A stretch of 64,000 nucleotides of DNA from a virus (lineage: Duplodnaviria > Heunggongvirae > Uroviricota > Caudoviricetes), in the IMG/VR virus record IMGVR_UViG_2706796742_000001, positions 1 to 64,000 of that record; one strand, 5' to 3'. Numbering within the stretch: the first letter of the stretch is position 1; each line of letters starts with the position of its first letter. Below the pieces are notes generated by a model. That model saw only the letters and a list, made by a program, of their open reading frames with translations. It did not search any database and was not told the origin of the DNA. Below, in pieces: positions 25,299 to 31,694 of this stretch. Made by a program: the position numbers and the translations under genes.

Positions 25299-26714
25299 AT
25301 GAGCGAATTATTTAAACATGCGCACCTTCATGCAGGTCGAACTGAAAATGGTGCTATAAACCATACTTCACCAATGTCTGCTCTGGTAGACTTCTACAAA
25401 GCCGCTGGCTCAAGCCGTAGCAATGTAGAAATCTTACCAGACCTGTTCTACAAAGCTTTGCGTGAGGATGTTGATGTTGCAGTTCGTATTTTACTGCATA
25501 TGCGAGATGTACGAGAAGGTATGGGTGAGCGTAAAGCTTTCCGAACTGTTTTACTTCAAGCAATTGAAGATAAAGTTTTAGAGCCTACACAGGTTCTTCG
25601 TATTATGGATAAGATTGCAGAACTTGGTCGTTTTGATGACTTCAAAATCTTCGTAGGTACTCGTTTTGAGACAGATGCCTTCAAACATTTAGAAACAGCA
25701 TTACTAGACCCTGCAACAGCAGGTTTAGCAGCTAAGTGGTTACCACGAGTAAAACCACGCCACAAACAGTTTGTAAAACGTTTCTGTAAGTTTGCAAACT
25801 TAAGTGAGAAGGAGTATCGCACACTGTTATCTGCACTGTCTGATACGGTTGAGCAAAAAATCTCTGCTAATGAGTTTGGTAAGATTGACTACAGCAAGAT
25901 TCCTTCACTCGCTGCTGCACGTTACCAAAAACTCTTTAACCGTAAAGATGGGGAACGTTACAAAGCTTACATCGAGTCACTCTCAAAAGGTGAGGCTAAG
26001 ATTAATGCTGGTGCTGTTTACCCATACGATGTGATTAAATCTATTAAATATGGTAATGCAGATGTTGCTAATGAGCAGTGGAAAGCACTACCAAACTGGA
26101 TGGCAGAAGGTGAAAACATCCTGTGTATGACTGATGTTTCAAGCTCAATGTCTTGGGTGAATCTTGGCTCAATCACTGCCCTTGATATTGGTGTATCACT
26201 TGCCTTGTATGTAGCAGAACGCAATACAGGTTGCTTTAAAGATGAGTTAATGGTTTATTCAACAAACCCTCACTTCATCGAACTGAGTGGTGATTTACGA
26301 AACCGTCATCGTCAGGTAATGCGTCATGTTGAATATGGCTCAACTAACTTACAAGCAGCTTTTGACCGCATTCTTGAGACAGGTAAGAGAAACAACTTGA
26401 CTCAGAAAGATATGCCAAGTAAGCTTATCATCTTCTCTGATATGGAGTTTAATCAGGTTGATGGTGCAAATGGTCGTACAAACTTTGAAGCAATTCGTAG
26501 TAAGTACAAAAAAGCTGGATACGAAATGCCACAACTAGTATTCTGGTACTTAGCAAACCGTAATGGTACTTGCGAAGTATCTGTTAAGGATAATGGTGTA
26601 GCAATGGTATCAGGGTTCTCTCCAGCTACTTTAAAAGCTCTGCTTGGTGGTGAGAAGTTTGACCCAATCAGTGTAATGCTCAAAGCAGTAATGATTGACC
26701 GTTACATCTGGTAA
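25299..26714 (+). CDS. vWA-domain protein with alpha-helical N-terminal domain (possible TROVE/Ro60-like or DUF2828-type)
   Basis: MIDAS-like motif CMTDVSSSMS (DxSxS) with downstream Thr and IIFSDMEF acidic motif; preceded by TTGACA-N18-TAAAGT promoter; immediately upstream of tRNA cluster. Confidence 0.5.
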   Translation: MSELFKHAHLHAGRTENGAINHTSPMSALVDFYKAAGSSRSNVEILPDLFYKALREDVDVAVRILLHMRDVREGMGERKAFRTVLLQAIEDKVLEPTQVLRIMDKIAELGRFDDFKIFVGTRFETDAFKHLETALLDPATAGLAAKWLPRVKPRHKQFVKRFCKFANLSEKEYRTLLSALSDTVEQKISANEFGKIDYSKIPSLAAARYQKLFNRKDGERYKAYIESLSKGEAKINAGAVYPYDVIKSIKYGNADVANEQWKALPNWMAEGENILCMTDVSSSMSWVNLGSITALDIGVSLALYVAERNTGCFKDELMVYSTNPHFIELSGDLRNRHRQVMRHVEYGSTNLQAAFDRILETGKRNNLTQKDMPSKLIIFSDMEFNQVDGANGRTNFEAIRSKYKKAGYEMPQLVFWYLANRNGTCEVSVKDNGVAMVSGFSPATLKALLGGEKFDPISVMLKAVMIDRYIW

Positions 26715-26732
26715 AAAGTTTTAAAAAGGGTA

Positions 26733-26761
26733 TTGACAATGTGTTTGATACCCTTTAATAT
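26733..26761 (+). promoter_or_regulatory. strong sigma70-like promoter upstream of tRNA cluster
   Basis: TTGACA-N17-TAATAT preceded by AAAAAGTTTTAAAAAGGG. Confidence 0.6.
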
Positions 26762-26823
26762 GTTCTACATAGAAACGAAATGAGAGCTTTTCTAAGATAC
26801 TGAAAAATATTTTAAAAAAGTTC

Positions 26824-26853
26824 TTGACAACCACTAAAAAATAATGTTAAAGT
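26824..26853 (+). promoter_or_regulatory. second sigma70-like promoter upstream of tRNA cluster
   Basis: TTGACA-N18-TAAAGT, about 27 nt before first tRNA. Confidence 0.5.
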
Positions 26854-26879
26854 GGTTACATAGAGTTTGAAAAGTTTAT

Positions 26880-26956
26880 CTCTGTTTAGCTCAGCTTGGT
26901 AGAGCGTTCCGTTTGGGGCGGTAAGGCCGGAGGTTCAAGTCCTCCAACAGAGACCA
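26880..26956 (+). tRNA. tRNA-Pro (anticodon TGG)
   Basis: Hand-folded cloverleaf: acceptor CTCTGTT/AACAGAG, T-arm GGAGG-TTCAAGT-CCTCC, anticodon loop TTTGGGG, CCA encoded. Confidence 0.6.
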
Positions 26957-26963
26957 AATTAAT

Positions 26964-27040
26964 GTTCCAGTAGACAAAATGGTATAGTCACCACTCTTTC
27001 AAAGTGGATATTTGAGGGTTCAAATCCCTTCTGGAACGCC
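26964..27040 (+). tRNA. tRNA-Glu (anticodon TTC)
   Basis: Acceptor GTTCCAG/CTGGAAC, anticodon stem CCACT/AGTGG, loop CTTTCAA, T-arm GAGGG-TTCAAAT-CCCTT. Confidence 0.65.
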
Positions 27041-27044
27041 AGTT

Positions 27045-27122
27045 TTGACAGAAGACCAATTACAGCAAACTTAATCTTATACATCTGAAGGTAAATCGGA
27101 CAAAGAAGAGATTTGGTCTGGT
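27045..27122 (+). other. conserved inter-tRNA element E1
   Basis: 5' box CAGAAGACCAATTACAGCAAACTTAA and 3' TTTGGTCTGG able to pair with the 5' AGACCAAA; no T-loop. Confidence 0.5.
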
Positions 27123-27131
27123 CATTAAGAA

Positions 27132-27208
27132 TTGCGGGTATAGAGAAAGGGCGTCTCACATGTCTCATTAGCATGGTATCGGCAGGTTCGACTCCTGCAC
27201 CCGCCTCC
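27132..27208 (+). tRNA. tRNA with CAT anticodon (Met, initiator or Ile-lysidine type); 1-72 mismatch
   Basis: T-arm GCAGG-TTCGACT-CCTGC, anticodon stem CATGT/GCATG, loop CTCATTA; U1-C72 unpaired. Confidence 0.45.
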
Positions 27209-27211
27209 AAT

Positions 27212-27277
27212 TTTGCAGAAGACCGTATGCAGCAATAAACTACTTTTTGCGGATAAAAGAAAAAAACACGGTCTGGC
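27212..27277 (+). other. conserved inter-tRNA element E2
   Basis: CAGAAGACCGTATGCAGCAATAAACT ... CGGTCTGG. Confidence 0.5.
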
Positions 27278-27286
27278 AATGTATTA

Positions 27287-27363
27287 AGGTTAGGAAGCAC
27301 ATAAGGTATGTGCGGTCGCCTGTTAAGCGAATGGCACAGGGTTCGAATCCCTGACTAACCGCC
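27287..27363 (+). tRNA. tRNA-Asn (anticodon GTT)
   Basis: D-stem GCAC/GTGC, anticodon loop CTGTTAA, T-arm CAGGG-TTCGAAT-CCCTG. Confidence 0.65.
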
Positions 27364-27432
27364 AAATTTAGGAGAGAAGCGATTGCTCACCGATTTGTAA
27401 GGTGCAAGTCCTTAGCCTGAATAGAAATTAAA

Positions 27433-27520
27433 TGTGTCGTTATCCCGTAGATGGTAGCGGTGGGGACTGTAAATCCCTTGTCATTGAGACTCGGTAGGTT
27501 CGACTCCTACACGGCACACC
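27433..27520 (+). tRNA. tRNA-Tyr (anticodon GTA), long variable arm
   Basis: 88 nt; acceptor GTGTCGT/ACGGCAC, anticodon loop CTGTAAA, T-arm GTAGG-TTCGACT-CCTAC. Confidence 0.6.
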
Positions 27521-27525
27521 AATAA

Positions 27526-27603
27526 AGGCTATGTAGTTTAATAGGGTTAAAATACTCCCCTGTCACGGGAGATGATGTGAGTTCAAGTCTCATCGTAGCC
27601 GCC
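27526..27603 (+). tRNA. tRNA-Asp (anticodon GTC)
   Basis: Anticodon stem CTCCC/GGGAG, loop CTGTCAC, T-arm GTGAG-TTCAAGT-CTCAT. Confidence 0.6.
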
Positions 27604-27635
27604 AATTTTGAGAGGGCTATTTAGCCCCTCCCTTA

Positions 27636-27668
27636 AAGGGTTCTTACGAGTATCCTTTAAAGGGGCAG
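27636..27668 (+). other. conserved hairpin element, copy 1
   Basis: TTAAAGGGTTCTTACGAGTATCCTTTAA (7-bp stem, 14-nt loop). Confidence 0.45.
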
Positions 27669-27741
27669 AAGACCAAATTCAGCAAGTTACTTAAAATTTC
27701 AAGCCAATTCAATTTTGAAAAAATTTAAAACTTGGTCTGGC
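27662..27741 (+). other. conserved inter-tRNA element E3
   Basis: CAGAAGACCAAATTCAGCAAGTTACTTAA ... TTGGTCTGG. Confidence 0.5.
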
Positions 27742-27750
27742 TCAACAAAT

Positions 27751-27835
27751 TTACAGAAGACCGTTTACAGCAAAACTTAAACAATCTATTTCTCGGTAAA
27801 GAAAAGGCGAAGGTTCGATTCCCTCCACTTCTACC
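27751..27835 (+). other. conserved element E4 with tRNA-like 3' half
   Basis: CAGAAGACCGTTTACAGCAAAACTTAA then GAAGG-TTCGATT-CCCTC T-arm-like hairpin and CCA; only 5 acceptor pairs and no convincing D or anticodon arm. Confidence 0.4.
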
Positions 27836-27839
27836 AATA

Positions 27840-27916
27840 TGGTTCAGTCGCAGATAAGGTAATGCAAGGGTTTCATAAGCCCTATGAATGTGGGTTCGAA
27901 TCCCATCTGAACCTCC
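27840..27916 (+). tRNA. tRNA-Met (anticodon CAT)
   Basis: Acceptor GGTTCAG/CTGAACC, anticodon loop TTCATAA with three G-C pairs in stem, T-arm GTGGG-TTCGAAT-CCCAT. Confidence 0.6.
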
Positions 27917-27918
27917 AA

Positions 27919-27993
27919 TTGTGGGTTAGCATAAATGGTAATGCAAACGGCTGATAACCGTTAGAAGAGGGTTCGATACCCTCACCTACAACC
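27919..27993 (+). tRNA. tRNA-Ile (anticodon GAT)
   Basis: Anticodon stem AACGG/CCGTT, loop CTGATAA, T-arm GAGGG-TTCGATA-CCCTC. Confidence 0.65.
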
Positions 27994-28008
27994 AATTTTA
28001 ATAAAGTT

Positions 28009-28037
28009 GTTGACATTGAGATGTGACCACTTTATAG
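28009..28037 (+). promoter_or_regulatory. strong internal sigma70-like promoter in tRNA cluster
   Basis: TTGACA-N17-TATAGT preceded by A/T-rich tract. Confidence 0.6.
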
Positions 28038-28330
28038 TAACTAAAATACTTCATAATATGTATAATTCAAACACCAATACATGAGCATTAGACGTAATGC
28101 AATGTGGGGAAATTTGTTGTACATATTCTGAATAGTTTTCGTTGCGTAGCGTCTATTTTGCAAATTTAAAATAAATGCAAACGACAATGTTTTTCTGGCA
28201 GTAGCTTGATAGGCTAAACACCAGTGAGGTCTTCCAATCCCTCATCAAAGAATTTGGCGTACTAGCCCACGGTATGATTAATAAGGTGGGCATCTTTAAG
28301 GGCTTTCTAAGAGAGTCTTTAAAGATTAAT

Positions 28331-28407
28331 GCACCCTTAGTTCAACTGGACAGAACAAATGACTTCTAATCATTAGGTTACAGGTTCGAATCCTGTAGGG
28401 TGTGCCA
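28331..28407 (+). tRNA. tRNA-Arg (anticodon TCT)
   Basis: D-stem GTTC/GAAC, anticodon stem AATGA/TCATT, loop CTTCTAA, T-arm ACAGG-TTCGAAT-CCTGT. Confidence 0.7.
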
Positions 28408-28549
28408 AATAGTTAGCAGATTGCTTAGACGACCTTATCGGGTCTCCGTGTAGGGAGGTGGTCTGTATCTCATGTTTTCCAGAACATGTAAATAATCTGA
28501 GAAGGGGCTTTACAGTGTTGTGAAAATACGGTAAGCTTCGAATTATAGT

Positions 28550-28632
28550 GTGGGACGATGTTAAGACTCTAAGGCATGAGCAACGGCCTCCAAAACCGTT
28601 TCAAAGTGGTTCAACTCCTCCGTCCCATGCCA
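28550..28632 (+). tRNA. atypical tRNA-like gene, possibly tRNA-Trp (anticodon CCA) with expanded D region
   Basis: 7-bp acceptor GTGGGAC/GTCCCAT plus CCA; candidate loop CTCCAAA; T-arm weak; D region about 7 nt too long. Confidence 0.3.
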
Positions 28633-28645
28633 AAGTCTTATTAGG

Positions 28646-28733
28646 GGTAGGTAGCGGCTAATGGTAGCCAAACAGTCTTGAAAACTGTTGCCACTGTAGA
28701 GATACGGTGAGGGTTCGACTCCTTTACTTACCG
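28646..28733 (+). tRNA. tRNA-Ser (anticodon TGA), long variable arm
   Basis: Anticodon stem ACAGT/ACTGT, loop CTTGAAA, long variable arm, discriminator G; CCA not fully encoded. Confidence 0.6.
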
Positions 28734-28987
28734 CCTAATAAGATTTAGACCGTCATGCTCGCTCGCATTTTCGGTTTATCCCTCGTGTGTTGTCGTACAC
28801 AAGTAAAGCACCTAGTAGGTGTCACGGAGAAGAGATAATATCAAGCTCTCCAAAGGTTCTAGTCACCGGATTAAACAAGACTATGCAAAGACCTATTTAG
28901 GTCTTTTTAGAGAACTTCTAAGGTTATTACAGCTTGTTGTGGAACCTTGTTGCTTAGGTTCTTAGAAGTTCTCTAAAAAGATTTAAT

Positions 28988-29064
28988 GCACCTATAGCCC
29001 AACTGGTAGAGGCAGCAGACTTAGAATCTGCTCAGTGTGAGTTCGAATCTCTCTAGGTGTACCA
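28988..29064 (+). tRNA. tRNA with anticodon TAG (Leu by code) but short variable loop
   Basis: Leu-like D-arm GCC-CAACTGGTAGA-GGC, anticodon stem GCAGA/TCTGC, loop CTTAGAA, 5-nt variable loop, discriminator A. Confidence 0.45.
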
Positions 29065-29071
29065 AATTAAT

Positions 29072-29147
29072 GCAGGTGTAGCAAAATGGTTATGCGGCTG
29101 ACTCTTAATCAGTAAGACGATGGGTTCAATTCCCTCCACCTGTACCA
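29072..29147 (+). tRNA. tRNA-Lys (anticodon CTT)
   Basis: Anticodon stem GCTGA/TCAGT, loop CTCTTAA; T-arm has two mismatches. Confidence 0.5.
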
Positions 29148-29153
29148 GACATT

Positions 29154-29229
29154 GGGGATGTAGTTTACATGGTTAAAACATAAGTTTTGCAAACTTAAGT
29201 ACAGGGTTCAATTCCCTGCTTCTCCACCA
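29154..29229 (+). tRNA. tRNA-Ala (anticodon TGC)
   Basis: G3-U70 wobble pair in acceptor (Ala identity), D-stem GTTT/AAAC, loop TTTGCAA, T-arm CAGGG-TTCAATT-CCCTG. Confidence 0.7.
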
Positions 29230-29235
29230 ATTAGT

Positions 29236-29310
29236 GCATCCATAGTTTAAACGGGAAAATTACAGTCTTCCAAACTGAGGTTGAGGGTTCGATTCCCTCT
29301 GGATGCTCCA
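29236..29310 (+). tRNA. tRNA-Gly (anticodon TCC)
   Basis: Acceptor GCATCCA/TGGATGC, loop CTTCCAA, T-arm GAGGG-TTCGATT-CCCTC. Confidence 0.6.
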
Positions 29311-29317
29311 AATTAAT

Positions 29318-29394
29318 GCTGCTTTCGTATAATTGGCTATTACACATCCATTGTAAGGATGGAAATGCAGGTTCGAGTCCTGTGAGCAGCACCA
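29318..29394 (+). tRNA. tRNA-Thr (anticodon TGT)
   Basis: Anticodon stem CATCC/GGATG, loop ATTGTAA, T-arm GCAGG-TTCGAGT-CCTGT. Confidence 0.65.
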
Positions 29395-29489
29395 ATTCAG
29401 AGGTCAAGTGAAAGACCGCTGGTGTCAACTGAAGACCGTAACAAATTCCACGGAGTTGAGTTAGCGGCACAACTTCAGACCTCTTTCAC
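29395..29489 (+). other. divergent copy E5 of the inter-tRNA element
   Basis: CTGAAGACCGTAACAAATTCCA; flanking inverted repeat CAGAGGTC ... GACCTCT. Confidence 0.35.
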
Positions 29490-29564
29490 ACTCGCTTAGT
29501 TTATATGGTAAAACATCACCCTTACAAGATGAAGAAAAAGGTTCAAGTCCTTTAGTGAGTACCA
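29490..29564 (+). tRNA. tRNA-Val (anticodon TAC)
   Basis: D-stem GTTT/AAAC, loop CTTACAA, T-arm AAAGG-TTCAAGT-CCTTT; one C-A mismatch in anticodon stem. Confidence 0.55.
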
Positions 29565-29565
29565 T

Positions 29566-29643
29566 GTTCCAGTATCCCAATTGGCAGAGGATGCAAGCTC
29601 AAACCTTGTATTAGTGACGGTTCGAATCCGTCTTGGAACACCA
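29566..29643 (+). tRNA. tRNA with anticodon CAA (Leu by code) but short variable loop
   Basis: Leu-like D-arm TCC-CAATTGGCAGA-GGA, anticodon stem GCAAG/CTTGT, loop CTCAAAC, 6-nt variable loop, T-arm GACGG-TTCGAAT-CCGTC. Confidence 0.45.
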
Positions 29644-29659
29644 ATTTTAGGAGAACACT

Positions 29660-29767
29660 ATGAGTGATAAATCAATTGCAAAAAAGTTTATAGCGTCATT
29701 CAAAAATAGGCGTAAAAACAAAGATTGTGAAAATCTGTATGGTGTTCTTGTAGGTAAGCAGGATTAG
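29660..29767 (+). CDS. possible small basic protein (35 aa) inside the tRNA cluster
   Basis: AGGAG RBS 6 nt before ATG; ORF MSDKSIAKKFIASFKNRRKNKDCENLYGVLVGKQD; 3' end overlaps start of a tRNA. Confidence 0.25.
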   Translation: MSDKSIAKKFIASFKNRRKNKDCENLYGVLVGKQD

Positions 29768-29833
29768 TTCAAATGGATAGAGCAGCAGTCTACGAAGCTG
29801 TTAATAGGGGTTCGAATCCCTTATCCTGCGCCA
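29758..29833 (+). tRNA. tRNA-Arg (anticodon ACG)
   Basis: Acceptor GCAGGAT/ATCCTGC, loop CTACGAA, T-arm AGGGG-TTCGAAT-CCCTT. Confidence 0.65.
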
Positions 29834-29852
29834 ATTTAAAGAGGCTATTTAG

Positions 29853-30410
29853 ATGAGATATTTGAAGTATGCTTCATGGATTTTCCTAGCTTTGCTAGAA
29901 CCATTTGCAGCAATCCTAGCAGTCATCTTAGCACCTTTTGTAGTTCCATTCTACAGTGAGAAGAAAGGGCACTTACCTTTCGGCTTCAGATGGATGGAGA
30001 CATATGACAACCCAATTGATGGTGATAAAGGTCATGTTGAACGATGGGCTAAGATTAGAAAGGTTGGTAAGCTTGGTGTCTATATGCAGAGAGTCGGTTG
30101 GCTCTGGAGAAACAAAGCTTATAACTTCTCTTACCATGTGTTAGGAAGAGATGTAAAAGATGTTACTAAGTGGAAAGGTAATATCAATGTAAGTTCTGAC
30201 CCTGAAGATAATCAGACAGGTTATCTCCTAATGTGGAACAGCAATGCTTGGGGATTATTTGCTTTTGTACCATCAATTAAAGTCTTTGGTAAACAGTTTT
30301 ACTGGAGAATTTATATTGGATGGAAACTTAAAAGTGTTGTCCCAGAAGAAAGAGCATTCTCAAGGGAAAGAGTTATGTTGGCATTCTTTATTCATCCACT
30401 AAGAAAATAA
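29853..30410 (+). CDS. membrane protein embedded in tRNA cluster
   Basis: N-terminal hydrophobic stretch WIFLALLEPFAAILAVILAPFVVPF; RBS agagg; flanked by tRNAs. Confidence 0.5.
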   Translation: MRYLKYASWIFLALLEPFAAILAVILAPFVVPFYSEKKGHLPFGFRWMETYDNPIDGDKGHVERWAKIRKVGKLGVYMQRVGWLWRNKAYNFSYHVLGRDVKDVTKWKGNINVSSDPEDNQTGYLLMWNSNAWGLFAFVPSIKVFGKQFYWRIYIGWKLKSVVPEERAFSRERVMLAFFIHPLRK

Positions 30411-30418
30411 AGATTTAA

Positions 30419-30494
30419 AGGGGATTAGTTTACAAGGTTAAAACCTCGGTCTTTGAAATCGAAGAAGTTGGTTCAATTCCAACATCCCCCGCCA
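30419..30494 (+). tRNA. tRNA-Gln (anticodon TTG)
   Basis: D-stem GTTT/AAAC, loop CTTTGAA, T-arm GTTGG-TTCAATT-CCAAC; unpaired 1-72 position. Confidence 0.6.
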
Positions 30495-30496
30495 AT

Positions 30497-30575
30497 GCTC
30501 CATTACTCCAATTGGCAGAGAGGCCAGACTTAAAATCTGTGTTATGTATCGGTTCGAATCCGATATGGAGTACCA
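30497..30575 (+). tRNA. tRNA with anticodon TAA (Leu by code) but short variable loop
   Basis: Leu-like D-arm CTC-CAATTGGCAGA-GAG, loop CTTAAAA, 7-nt variable loop, T-arm ATCGG-TTCGAAT-CCGAT, discriminator A. Confidence 0.45.
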
Positions 30576-30580
30576 AATTT

Positions 30581-30656
30581 AGCGGTATAGCATAACTGGC
30601 AATGCAGCAGTCTCTGAAGCTGTCTTATTAAGGTTCAAATCCTTATGCCGCTGCCA
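30581..30656 (+). tRNA. tRNA-Gln (anticodon CTG)
   Basis: Anticodon stem GCAGT/GCTGT, loop CTCTGAA, T-arm TAAGG-TTCAAAT-CCTTA, weak A1-U72 pair. Confidence 0.6.
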
Positions 30657-30657
30657 C

Positions 30658-30690
30658 TTCTAAGGGTTCTTACGAGAGTCCTTAAATGTG
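30658..30690 (+). other. conserved hairpin element, copy 2
   Basis: CTAAGGGTTCTTACGAGAGTCCTTAAA, same loop core GGGTTCTTACGAG as copy 1. Confidence 0.45.
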
Positions 30691-30763
30691 GCCTTATCAT
30701 AAATGGTAATGACCCATGCTGTGAACATGGTCTATACGGGTTCAAATCCCGTAGGTCACCCCA
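30688..30763 (+). tRNA. tRNA-His (anticodon GTG)
   Basis: Anticodon stem CCATG/CATGG, loop CTGTGAA, T-arm ACGGG-TTCAAAT-CCCGT, discriminator C. Confidence 0.65.
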
Positions 30764-30768
30764 ATTTA

Positions 30769-30843
30769 TAGTCCAAGTAGCTTATATGGTTAAAGCGCGT
30801 GTCTGAAAAACATGAGAAGAGGGTTCAAATCCCACTGGACTAC
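30769..30843 (+). tRNA. tRNA-Phe (anticodon GAA)
   Basis: Acceptor TAGTCCA/TGGACTA, D-stem GCTT/AAGC, anticodon stem CGTGT/ACATG, loop CTGAAAA; two extra nt before D-stem. Confidence 0.5.
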
Positions 30844-30861
30844 CAATTTCAAAGGTGCTTA

Positions 30862-31596
30862 ATGAAAGAGATGACAGAACAAGGTAAGGAGATTTTTAAT
30901 CTCTTAAAAACCGGTAGAGGGTTTTCTAATCCCCTTATTACTGGTGCAGCAGTTCTCGGTGGAACCGTAGCTGCCTCTACATCACTTGTAAGCTCTATTA
31001 GCTCTGTAACAGACCCTACAATAAAGGATAAGCTTATTGCTGCTGGACTTACAACAGTTCTACTTAGCAGCTTTACAACGAGTCTGACAAGCACTACATC
31101 AACCACTAAAACACTGACAGATTACGGTCAAAAGTCCATTGATGAGTTTTCATCACGTATGCAGGTAGCAAAAGGATATTCTAATGCTATGGGTGCAGCA
31201 GGAGAGCAAGTCGGTTGTACACCTTTTAGTGGTATTATGGGTGTTGCTACAGAATATGGTCAAAAAGCTATTGACACAATTAACAGTGCACTAGATAGTG
31301 TTAACGGTGTGTTAAGTGACTTACAGGATGCTATTGACGAAGGTCTTGATACTATTTCTGATTTAGCTAACCAAGCTGTTAGCAAGATTAATGAAGGTAT
31401 CTCGAAGATTACAGCTTATGCAGACGAAGTTGTGCAGATGATTGAAGAAGAAGCTGCCCTTATTGCAGAGTACCTTAAAACGAATATCAATGGGTTCTTA
31501 GCAGGTATCTTACCAGACTGGTTTGATGATGCTTGTAAAACTGGTGTAATTGACACTATTGCAACACCAGAAATGAAGAACGCATTACAGAAATAA
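30862..31596 (+). CDS. hypothetical Ser/Thr-rich protein
   Basis: Start moved from track ATG 30799 (which overlaps a tRNA) to in-frame ATG at 30862 with aaagg RBS. Confidence 0.45.
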   Translation: MKEMTEQGKEIFNLLKTGRGFSNPLITGAAVLGGTVAASTSLVSSISSVTDPTIKDKLIAAGLTTVLLSSFTTSLTSTTSTTKTLTDYGQKSIDEFSSRMQVAKGYSNAMGAAGEQVGCTPFSGIMGVATEYGQKAIDTINSALDSVNGVLSDLQDAIDEGLDTISDLANQAVSKINEGISKITAYADEVVQMIEEEAALIAEYLKTNINGFLAGILPDWFDDACKTGVIDTIATPEMKNALQK

Positions 31597-31597
31597 T

Positions 31598-31690
31598 GGA
31601 AGATTAACCCTAAAAGGTAAGGGAGCAGTTTGCTAAACTGCCAGTAGCTGAGAAATCGGTGTACCAGTTCAAGTCTGGTATCTTCCTCCA
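31598..31690 (+). tRNA. tRNA-Ser (anticodon GCT), long variable arm
   Basis: 93 nt; acceptor GGAAGAT/ATCTTCC, anticodon stem GCAGT/ACTGC, loop TTGCTAA, T-arm ACCAG-TTCAAGT-CTGGT, CCA encoded. Confidence 0.55.
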
Positions 31691-31694
31691 ATTT

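Noticed and set aside
26959-27300. 113-aa minus-strand ORF in the tRNA cluster (and similar ORFs at 29231-29470, 31416-31691, 31659-31886)
   Set aside because: They overlap well-folding tRNA genes on the opposite or same strand, have no RBS, and lie in a region with clear RNA-gene signals
27751-27835. Element E4 as a bona fide tRNA
   Set aside because: Only five acceptor-stem pairs and no convincing D or anticodon arms; kept as a tRNA-like element rather than a tRNA
30799-30861. Upstream ATG start of the 265-aa ORF
   Set aside because: The first 63 nt overlap tRNA-Phe and the tRNA 3' end; an in-frame ATG at 30862 with its own RBS is the more plausible start
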